Below the pieces are notes generated by a model. That model did no database searches and was not told the DNA's origin. It saw only the letters and a program-made list of their open reading frames with translations. The translations under genes were made by a program, and so were the position numbers. A stretch of 13,133 nt of DNA from the IMG/VR virus record IMGVR_UViG_3300045988_162215. One strand, written 5' to 3'. Shown here in pieces: positions 7,030 to 12,052 of the stretch. The DNA is from a virus. Each line of letters begins with the position of its first letter. Within the stretch, counting starts at the first letter, position 1.

Positions 7030-7317
7030 ATGAAAGCTGTAACCACAGATAGACCAGTTAAGTATGAGCCGGGAGAATTTTTTCAAATTTCAAATAAAGG
7101 TTTGAAGGCAGCAGCTAGTCTTAATAATAATGGATTATTATTGTGGTTATATTTGTGTAAATTTAAGAGTGGTACTAAGTGGAAGATAAGCCCGCAGGCT
7201 ATCAGTAATGAACTGGGGATAACTTTAGATAAAGCTAAGAAGGTTTCAACTATTGGATACCAAGAATTAGTTGCAGCAAATTTTATTAGAGATGATGTGT
7301 TCTACGCGGACGGTTAA
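7030..7317 (+). CDS. winged-helix DNA-binding protein resembling RepA_N / phage replisome-organizer N-terminal domain (95 aa)
   Basis: Motif GLLLWLYLCKF...WKISPQAISNELGITLDKAKKVSTIGYQELVAANFI resembles the initiator winged helix of Firmicute plasmids and phages. RBS GGGGGT. Lies directly upstream of the iteron array. Confidence 0.6.
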   Translation: MKAVTTDRPVKYEPGEFFQISNKGLKAAASLNNNGLLLWLYLCKFKSGTKWKISPQAISNELGITLDKAKKVSTIGYQELVAANFIRDDVFYADG

Positions 7318-7320
7318 ATA

Positions 7321-7480
7321 AAAGTGCTAAAATGGCACTTTTTAGATACAAGGAGTCTATTAAAAAGTGCTTAATCGGCACTTTTATATACAAGGAAAAG
7401 TGCTTAATAAGCACTTTTTAATGAGCAGAAAGTGCTTAATTGGCACTTTTTTCTAAGGAAAAGTGCTTAATCGGCACTCT
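7321..7480. repeat. array of five 21-bp palindromic iterons AAAGTGCTTAAT(N)GGCACTTT at 7321, 7364, 7397, 7429, 7460 (spacing 43, 33, 32, 31 bp)
   Basis: Seen directly. Copy 3 (7397-7417) is a perfect palindrome AAAGTGCTTA-A-TAAGCACTTT; the others differ at 1-3 positions. Spacing is about three helical turns. Confidence 0.85.
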
Positions 7481-7520
7481 AATATATAAATAGAGAATAA
7501 ATACTAAATAAATAAATAGA
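7481..7520. other. 40-bp AT tract (4 G/C in 40) immediately after iterons; candidate DNA-unwinding element
   Basis: aatatataaatagagaataaatactaaataaataaataga. Confidence 0.5.
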
Positions 7521-7521
7521 C

Positions 7522-7578
7522 GGTATAAATAATCTTTACGTAGTTCGCTTCGCTCACTACTCCAAGATTATTTATACC
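7522..7578 (+). repeat. hairpin A: 15-bp stem GGTATAAATAATCTT/AAGATTATTTATACC, internal loop, 4-bp inner stem GTAG/CTAC, 13-nt loop TTCGCTTCGCTCA
   Basis: Perfect inverted repeat seen directly. Confidence 0.8.
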
Positions 7579-7625
7579 TTTAGGCGCGGCGTAGTGATGT
7601 AATGTTACAAAGGGGCCGGCGTAAA

Positions 7626-7680
7626 GAGATTAAAACCTTGGAATAATGAGCGAAGCGAATTATGGAATGGTTTTAATCTC
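7626..7680 (-). repeat. hairpin B: 12-bp stem GAGATTAAAACC/GGTTTTAATCTC, internal loop, 4-bp inner stem ATAA/TTAT, 13-nt loop TGAGCGAAGCGAA (exact reverse complement of loop A)
   Basis: Same architecture as hairpin A with a different stem sequence. The loop is identical when read on the opposite strand. Confidence 0.8.
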
Positions 7681-8045
7681 GTCCCTATATTTAATAGTGT
7701 ACTACTTTTTTAACATTTTTCTTAGAGTTGATTGCTCAATTGAGTTGGAGCAAAGGAGAAAAAGGATGGATATAAATATATTGAAGAGGGGTATGATAAT
7801 ATGGATTTTATAAATACTTGTGTAAGACCTAAGTCATATAATATTTATATATTAGATATTGATGATGTGGCGGATAGTATTATGAATCCGCGGCGGTTTT
7901 AAGGGCTAGGTTAAAAGGGGTGCAGGGCAATGCCGCGCATACAGACATTAGTTTTAAAAAATGATCTGAATTTGGGTTAGAAGCCCAAGCCTCCCTTTTA
8001 TCTTACGTTACTTTGCTATTGTTATTAAAGAGAGGAGAAATAGTT

Positions 8046-8294
8046 ATGTTTAATACGGAGATTGTTGCTAAGGATATTGATGGTATAAAGACGCAGTTGA
8101 GGAAGGCATATGATGGCGATGTGCCGGCGGGTTTAGCTGTTTTTTATTGGTTAAAGAATAATGGTATAGGGATTAGAGATAGGAATGGTGAGGTTGTTAG
8201 GGATGAAGATTTGTATAGTTTTTGTATAAATTATGGCGCGAGTGTTGATAGGGCTATTGTTGCGGCGAAGGGTGAAGGCGCATATGGCGTTTAG
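8046..8294 (+). CDS. hypothetical protein (82 aa)
   Basis: RBS AGAGAGGAGAAA 6 nt before ATG 8046. The track ORF began at an upstream in-frame TTG. Confidence 0.6.
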   Translation: MFNTEIVAKDIDGIKTQLRKAYDGDVPAGLAVFYWLKNNGIGIRDRNGEVVRDEDLYSFCINYGASVDRAIVAAKGEGAYGV

Positions 8295-8335
8295 AAAGAT
8301 GGGAGTAAGTATACCGAGTATGGTAACAGCTAAGA

Positions 8336-8501
8336 CAGGACATTTTGTCTTTATAATAGTGTTTTGTTTTTAGATAGCACTTTATGTTGAATAGTGTTTT
8401 TGTCGCTGGATAGTATTTTGTCTTTGATAATGTGTTAGATAGCATTTTTGTCTTTAGATAGTGTTAGATAGTACTGTATAGTGTCAGATAGTGTTTTTAT
8501 C
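8336..8501. repeat. degenerate direct-repeat array, units TAGATAGTGT / TTTTGTCTTT alternating with about 10-bp periodicity (at least 10 units)
   Basis: e.g. tagatagcat|ttttgtcttt|agatagtgt|tagatagtac|tgtatagtgt|cagatagtgt|ttttatctgg. Lies between convergent genes 8046..8294 and 8640..9008. Confidence 0.7.
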
Positions 8502-8599
8502 TGGCCGCGCATACCCTGGACCATGTTACCGTCACCGTTATCGTTTTAGTCTCTCTTTTCTTTATTAAGAGATCCCTAGACGAGAACCCGCGCAAAAAA

Positions 8600-8626
8600 T
8601 CCCTGTACACATTACATGTACAGGGA
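8600..8626 (-). terminator. intrinsic terminator TCCCTGTACA/TGTACAGGGA, then UUUUUU on minus strand
   Basis: 10-bp perfect stem downstream of the stop of 8640..9008. AAAAAA at 8594-8599 on the plus strand gives the U-run on the minus strand. Confidence 0.65.
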
Positions 8627-8639
8627 CTAACTACTTAGA

Positions 8640-9008
8640 CTAAAAGAACTTGAAAAGATTGAACAACTCCGCCATAGGATCTGACTCTGACTTCTTCTTT
8701 ACCTTAGGCTTAGGCTTACTCTCCGCTGTATCCATTGCCTGAATAAAAAGCTCGATAAACTTCAACTTATCAGTCATGTCCTTTGTAATCTCATTTGCGT
8801 CTTTCTCTGAAATTTCAGCTCCAGTAATAGCTTCCACATAATCCAACAAATCAGCAATCAGATATTTTCTTGCATCTTCTACCTCTGTAGGATCAATCTT
8901 TCTCTTATCCTTGGCTGCGGCAACCGCATCGGCTTCCGCCTGCGCCATCTTGCTAATCTCTTCAACTGACTTTCCTTCTGCAATAAGTTCTGCTATTGTT
9001 TTACTCAT
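8640..9008 (-). CDS. acidic protein with basic/hydrophobic C-terminal tail (122 aa)
   Basis: RBS AGAAGAGG upstream of ATG 9008. Its own promoter is at 9048-9076. Confidence 0.7.
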   Translation of the reverse strand: MSKTIAELIAEGKSVEEISKMAQAEADAVAAAKDKRKIDPTEVEDARKYLIADLLDYVEAITGAEISEKDANEITKDMTDKLKFIELFIQAMDTAESKPKPKVKKKSESDPMAELFNLFKFF

Positions 9009-9047
9009 AGTCTATAACCTCTTCTTTCTATTTCATTTTCTATATAT

Positions 9048-9076
9048 ATTATATAATAATTTTTCAGAAGTGTCAA
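9048..9076 (-). promoter_or_regulatory. consensus promoter TTGACA-17-TATAAT (minus strand)
   Basis: Reverse complement of tgtcaa 9071-9076 and attata 9048-9053, spacer 17. Confidence 0.65.
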
Positions 9077-9205
9077 AGGCACGAAAGCATATACCAGTAG
9101 TAAAATTGTAATTAGCTGTAACTATATCTTTTCTATTGTTGCGGGTATTTGTTCGTTTTTATATGAGAATAAGAAAAAACGAAGCTAATTTACCTCCCCT
9201 ATATA

Positions 9206-9234
9206 ATTATATCAAAAATACGAAAAAATGTCAA
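9206..9234 (-). promoter_or_regulatory. orphan promoter TTGACA-17-TATAAT followed by SD GGGGAGGT with no start codon or ORF downstream
   Basis: Minus strand reads TTGACAttttttcgtatttttgaTATAATtatataGGGGAGGTaaattagcttcg. The nearest in-frame start is a non-canonical ATT giving an 18-aa ORF. Confidence 0.5.
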
Positions 9235-9369
9235 GAAAGATGCGCTGAGGCATTTATCAATAGAATCACTGTAATTCGATACAGTAAGCCATTTTTTATT
9301 CTGACGGATATTTTTACGTTTCAGATAGAAAACGAGCAAATTTACAACAAAAGTAAGTCAAACATCTAA

Positions 9370-9469
9370 TTTCGGGATCCGTATGGCGGTTTTCAGATTT
9401 CAAACAACCAGGAAAAAAAGCCATATAGGGTCTGGTCGTGGGAACTCGGCGTTGCCCGGTGGTCAACGC
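9370..9469 (-). ncRNA. candidate small RNA transcribed leftward from promoter 9476-9504; begins with GC hairpin GGCGTTG/CAACGCC
   Basis: Consensus promoter with no ORF of at least 40 aa and an RBS downstream over 460 nt. The transcript 5' end folds into the 9448-9470 hairpin. The 3' end is undefined. Confidence 0.25.
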
Positions 9470-9475
9470 CGCGAC

Positions 9476-9504
9476 ATTATACCACATTTTATGTGCTTTG
9501 TCAA
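9476..9504 (-). promoter_or_regulatory. consensus promoter TTGACA-17-TATAAT (minus strand) driving an ORF-less transcript
   Basis: tgtcaa 9499-9504 and attata 9476-9481 on the plus strand. Confidence 0.6.
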
Positions 9505-9547
9505 GTAAAAAAATAAAAAAATAGAGGAAAATTCCTCATTTTTTAAG
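9505..9547 (-). terminator. intrinsic terminator: 10-11-bp stem GGAAAATTCCT/AGGAATTTTCC, then UAUUUUUUUAUUUUUUU
   Basis: Inverted repeat 9516-9526 / 9537-9547 downstream of the stop of 9568..9960. Long T-run on the minus strand. Confidence 0.6.
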
Positions 9548-9567
9548 GAATTTTCCCCTAAAAACCT

Positions 9568-9960
9568 TTATTTCTTAGGTTTTCTCTGTTCAATTAAATC
9601 GATTTTGAACTTGCGACCATTGATTTCTAAAGAAATCAGCTTATTTTCCTTAATAATCTCAACCTTTTCGCCATAAATACTTTGCAAATTAGTTAAAATA
9701 TTATGGAAAACTTCTTTTTTTTCATCAGAAATCTTAACTGTCCTAGGCTTTGAATCCTTGCGTTTTTCCTGGGTAATACCATGATCAACTCTCTGTCCTT
9801 TGGTTTTCTCTTCCAACTCGACAACCTCTTCCATTGTAAACCCTTCGGGACACTCTTCCAACTCTTCACAGGGTTTATCCCACATTTCATGGCAAAGCAT
9901 TTTACCATTCTTACAAATAAGATTTCCGCAATCTTCACACAACTTGATATTCATATTCAC
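9568..9960 (-). CDS. protein with N-terminal Cys-rich zinc-ribbon (CEDCGNLICKNGKMLCHEMWDKPC) and charged C-terminal region (130 aa)
   Basis: RBS GAAAGGGG upstream of ATG 9960. Promoter at 9986-10014. Confidence 0.7.
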   Translation of the reverse strand: MNMNIKLCEDCGNLICKNGKMLCHEMWDKPCEELEECPEGFTMEEVVELEEKTKGQRVDHGITQEKRKDSKPRTVKISDEKKEVFHNILTNLQSIYGEKVEIIKENKLISLEINGRKFKIDLIEQRKPKK

Positions 9961-9985
9961 AACCCCTTTCTTTTACTGTACCTAT

Positions 9986-10014
9986 ATTATAACACAAGAG
10001 GTTGAGAATGTCAA
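9986..10014 (-). promoter_or_regulatory. consensus promoter TTGACA-17-TATAAT (minus strand)
   Basis: tgtcaa 10009-10014 and attata 9986-9991, spacer 17. Confidence 0.65.
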
Positions 10015-10024
10015 CCTTTAATTT

Positions 10025-10056
10025 GCGGTTTTCGGTGGGAGAATCCCACCGACCGC
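10025..10056. other. GC-rich hairpin GCGG-tttt-TCGGTGGGA-gaa-TCCCACCGA-CCGC between two minus-strand genes
   Basis: 9-bp perfect stem plus outer GCGG/CCGC. A T-run follows only on the plus strand (CACATTGTTTTT). It carries the 3' flank motif CGC-CACATT shared with the other GC hairpins. Confidence 0.4.
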
Positions 10057-10068
10057 ACATTGTTTTTA

Positions 10069-10467
10069 CTAGCCCGCGATATCCTCAGTATTAAGGGCGA
10101 AGGTCATCTTCTTACCATCTGGAATACGGCGAACCTTGTAAACCATAGATGGAAGTCTGTTTTCTTCCTTTGCTGGACCGGCAAGCTGTGTCATAAGTGC
10201 GACAATCTTGTTAAGCGAATACTCGCCATTAAAGGCATTCATAATCTCTGTACAAGTCATAGGCTTTGAATCCTCGAGCAAGTCAAGAATCATATTCTTG
10301 ATTTCTGCGTTCTCGGTCTGATTCTTAGACGGCTTACGGTTTGCATTCTTCTTGTTAAGAATAGCAATCTCCTTACGGCAAAAGTCCTTGATATCCTCGG
10401 ATACGCCATCAATAGCCATAATCATCTCAAAATACTGCTTCTTTGTTGTCTTGTTTGTTGTTGTCAT
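10069..10467 (-). CDS. Lys/Thr-rich N-term plus C-terminal winged-helix-like domain (132 aa); fed by four tandem promoters
   Basis: RBS AAAAGGGGT upstream of ATG 10467. Segment CTEIMNAF...KIVALMTQL...VYKVRR resembles wHTH. Product unknown. Confidence 0.7.
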   Translation of the reverse strand: MTTTNKTTKKQYFEMIMAIDGVSEDIKDFCRKEIAILNKKNANRKPSKNQTENAEIKNMILDLLEDSKPMTCTEIMNAFNGEYSLNKIVALMTQLAGPAKEENRLPSMVYKVRRIPDGKKMTFALNTEDIAG

Positions 10468-10516
10468 AAAACATACCCCTTTTCTTAATAAATTCTTAAC
10501 TCTTTGTTACATATAC

Positions 10517-10545
10517 ATTATAACATATTTTGTAAGGTTTGTCAA
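10517..10545 (-). promoter_or_regulatory. promoter Pm1 TTGACA-17-TATAAT immediately upstream of gene 10069..10467
   Basis: tgtcaa 10540-10545, attata 10517-10522. Confidence 0.65.
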
Positions 10546-10608
10546 GCATTTTTTTTATTATTTTCTTTTCGGTTTAGAACCTTTAATCTTCCTTGACCTT
10601 ACATACTT

Positions 10609-10637
10609 ATTATAACATATTTTTTAATGTTTGTCAA
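10609..10637 (-). promoter_or_regulatory. promoter Pm2 TTGACA-17-TATAAT (part of 175-bp tandem duplication)
   Basis: tgtcaa 10632-10637, attata 10609-10614. About 50 bp identical to the Pm3 copy. Confidence 0.6.
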
Positions 10638-10783
10638 TAGGTTTTTTAAGATTTTTAAGAAATAACAATGATTTTAGGCGGATATGGAATAAGGCTCAAC
10701 CAAAATTGCCAACTCATTATCCCTTTTATTATTGGTTTTTTATTTCCTTTATCATTGTTTTCTTAACTTTATCTTACATACTT

Positions 10784-10812
10784 ATTATAACATATTTTTT
10801 AATGTTTGTCAA
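10784..10812 (-). promoter_or_regulatory. promoter Pm3, exact duplicate of Pm2
   Basis: cttacatacttattataacatattttttaatgtttgtcaataggttttt occurs at 10598-10646 and again at 10773-10821. Confidence 0.6.
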
Positions 10813-10893
10813 TAGGTTTTTGAAAGTTTCTAAAATTTGTTTTCCTCACGACCGAGGTTGCTATTTTGTTTTCTTTCCTTACCTTGTAAATAC

Positions 10894-10922
10894 ATTATAA
10901 CAAAATATTTATAGAAAATCAA
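10894..10922 (-). promoter_or_regulatory. weaker promoter Pm4 (TTGATT-17-TATAAT)
   Basis: attata 10894-10899. The -35 is rc of aatcaa at 10917-10922. Confidence 0.35.
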
Positions 10923-10927
10923 TATCG

Positions 10928-10980
10928 GAAAATTGCACAAAATTCGGGATGTACAAGGTTAAAAAATTTGTGCAATTTTC
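10928..10980. repeat. inverted repeat GAAAATTGCACAAA ...25 nt... TTTGTGCAATTTTC
   Basis: 14-bp perfect arms at 10928-10941 and 10967-10980. Abuts the -35 of the plus-strand promoter at 10984. Confidence 0.7.
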
Positions 10981-10983
10981 CTA

Positions 10984-11013
10984 TTGACAAATGCCAGAGC
11001 TATGTGGTATAAT
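10984..11013 (+). promoter_or_regulatory. plus-strand promoter TTGACA-18-TATAAT firing rightward into GC hairpin 11019-11041
   Basis: TTGACA 10984-10989, TATAAT 11008-11013. Confidence 0.55.
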
Positions 11014-11046
11014 AGTTCGGCGTGCAAGGGGCGTGCACGCCGCGCC

Positions 11047-11075
11047 ATTATAACACATAATGAATTATTTGTCAA
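11047..11075 (-). promoter_or_regulatory. minus-strand promoter TTGACA-17-TATAAT; its transcript begins with hairpin 11019-11041 and runs through IR 10928-10980
   Basis: tgtcaa 11070-11075, attata 11047-11052. Confidence 0.55.
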
Positions 11076-11092
11076 CCCCTAAATTAAAAAAA

Positions 11093-11119
11093 TGTGGGCG
11101 AGTTTAGGCTCGCCGCACA
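11093..11119. terminator. bidirectional intrinsic terminator (TGTGGGCGAG/CTCGCCGCACA) flanked by AAAAAAA upstream and TTTTCGATTTCC downstream
   Basis: A-run 11085-11092 gives a U-run for the minus-strand gene 11133..11360. The T-rich 11120-11131 serves the plus-strand sRNA candidate. Confidence 0.65.
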
Positions 11120-11132
11120 TTTTCGATTTCCA

Positions 11133-11360
11133 CTAATCTTCAATGATTAACTTCGCTTTAAGTTTACGAATAGGTCTTTCTGAAAAATCACAAATAACTC
11201 CTTCTATAGCTCCGCTGTCAAGGTCAACAATATATGTATCATAATTATCAGCACATAACATACAAGGTTTATTATCATCTAAAAATGTAAAAACTTCACC
11301 ATTATCTAAATCTTCGCAACTTAAATATCCCTTAACTTCAATCTTTCCAATAATTTCCAT
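11133..11360 (-). CDS. hypothetical acidic Cys-containing protein (75 aa)
   Basis: RBS AAAGGTGA 5 nt before ATG 11360..11358 (the track start was an upstream GTG). Promoter at 11404-11432. Confidence 0.6.
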   Translation of the reverse strand: MEIIGKIEVKGYLSCEDLDNGEVFTFLDDNKPCMLCADNYDTYIVDLDSGAIEGVICDFSERPIRKLKAKLIIED

Positions 11361-11403
11361 TTTAATCACCTTTTTAACCTTTCTTTCTCTTGTTTATATA
11401 CTT

Positions 11404-11432
11404 ATTATACTATATTTATTATTATTTGTCAA
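11404..11432 (-). promoter_or_regulatory. consensus promoter TTGACA-17-TATAAT
   Basis: tgtcaa 11427-11432, attata 11404-11409. Confidence 0.65.
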
Positions 11433-11446
11433 GTATTTTTAGAAAA

Positions 11447-11466
11447 ATAGGCATTTCTGCCTATTC
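11447..11466 (-). terminator. terminator hairpin AATAGGCA-tttc-TGCCTATT, then UUUUCU on minus strand
   Basis: Overlaps the stop of 11461..11751. Directly upstream of the next promoter. Confidence 0.5.
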
Positions 11467-11751
11467 TTCAGAGATATTTGCGAAGGGCATCTTCGGACAA
11501 GGATAATCGTCAACCACTGATGAGCCACCATAAGTGGTTCGTACCATTGACACTCTCCACGCCACATCCGCAAGTCTATCAATACAACTTGGATAACTAC
11601 TCGTACACCAAATTTCTCCATTCTTACGAAAAATATCCTGATATGTGCCTTTAATTGTAGTTAAAAGACTAATCACATCTTCGATTTTCTGTTCCTCTTC
11701 TGGTGTCAAAGTAATTGTTTCAATACGTTTCTCGCCTGTAATAATTTCCAT
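11461..11751 (-). CDS. hypothetical protein (96 aa)
   Basis: RBS AGAGAGGT 7 nt before ATG 11751. Promoter at 11783-11811. Confidence 0.65.
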   Translation of the reverse strand: MEIITGEKRIETITLTPEEEQKIEDVISLLTTIKGTYQDIFRKNGEIWCTSSYPSCIDRLADVAWRVSMVRTTYGGSSVVDDYPCPKMPFANISEE

Positions 11752-11782
11752 ATAATTTACCTCTCTTTCACTTTCTATAATT

Positions 11783-11811
11783 ATTATATCATTATTATTT
11801 TAATTTGTCAA
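11783..11811 (-). promoter_or_regulatory. consensus promoter TTGACA-17-TATAAT (lies inside the 3' end of gene 11795..11998)
   Basis: tgtcaa 11806-11811, attata 11783-11788. Confidence 0.6.
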
Positions 11812-11998
11812 CATTTAATTCATAAATATTGTAATAAATTTTTGTTATCCAAGTATTTCTTATTATTCGCCAACATTTCCAAATAGGTCTTTGCCAACTT
11901 TTAAGATTAAAGCCTAAAATAAACAATGCCTTAAAATTTTTCCATGATTTTTCTTTAAGCCAATTATCTATTACTAAATACTGTGTTTTTGTTATCAT
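11795..11998 (-). CDS. Trp-rich basic small protein (67 aa)
   Basis: RBS AGAGAGGT 7 nt before ATG 11998. Promoter at 12024-12052. The 3' end overlaps the downstream promoter. Confidence 0.5.
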   Translation of the reverse strand: MITKTQYLVIDNWLKEKSWKNFKALFILGFNLKSWQRPIWKCWRIIRNTWITKIYYNIYELNVDKLK

Positions 11999-12023
11999 TC
12001 TTATTACCTCTCTTTCTACAATT

Positions 12024-12052
12024 ATTATATCACAGCTGGCTTACTTTGTCAA
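12024..12052 (-). promoter_or_regulatory. consensus promoter TTGACA-17-TATAAT
   Basis: tgtcaa 12047-12052, attata 12024-12029. Confidence 0.6.

Larger units (their letters stand above)
11020..11131 (+). ncRNA. candidate ~110-nt sRNA: 5' GC hairpin, then intrinsic terminator hairpin 11093-11119 plus U-tract; antisense to the -10/-35 of minus promoter 11047-11075
   Basis: Promoter 10984-11013 and terminator 11093-11131 bracket a segment with no ORF. The structure is repeated as a homologous module at 13018-13112. Confidence 0.35.

Noticed and set aside
7321-7480. CRISPR array
   Set aside because: The repeats are themselves palindromic 21-mers with short (11-22 bp), partly similar spacers. No cas genes, no leader. 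Far better explained as protein-binding iterons.
8254-8445. Minus-strand 63-aa ORF across the 10-bp repeat array
   Set aside because: Product of translating the repeat array. No RBS. Overlaps the 3' end of 8046..8294.
8911-9111. Plus-strand ORF antisense to gene 8640..9008 and its promoter
   Set aside because: Shadow ORF, no RBS.
9136-9369. Plus-strand 77-aa ORF (MLRVFVRFYMRIRKNE...)
   Set aside because: No Shine-Dalgarno upstream of any candidate start, unlike every credible gene here. It runs antisense through a perfect minus-strand promoter and SD cassette (9206-9234). Its composition looks like translated AT-rich non-coding DNA.
9370-9470. Possible tRNA in the GC-rich ORF-less transcript
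   Set aside because: No cloverleaf. There is no 7-bp acceptor stem pairing the two ends, and no T-loop GTTCRANNC or D-loop signatures.
9484-9657. 57-aa minus-strand ORF beginning ATGTGGTATAATG...
   Set aside because: Its ATG lies between the -35 and -10 of the only promoter that could transcribe it, so it cannot be on the mRNA. No RBS.
9693-10021. ORFs 9693..9938 (minus, alternate frame), 9781..10005 and 9800..10021 (plus)
   Set aside because: All nested in or antisense to gene 9568..9960, which has a proper RBS and promoter.
10060-10900. Plus-strand ORFs 10060..10269, 10352..10615 and 10631..10900
   Set aside because: The first two are antisense to gene 10069..10467. The third is a translation of the duplicated promoter region. 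No RBS, Phe/Leu/Ile-rich junk composition.
11439-11621. Minus-strand 60-aa ORF in alternate frame of gene 11461..11751
   Set aside because: Out-of-frame overlap with a better-supported gene. No RBS.
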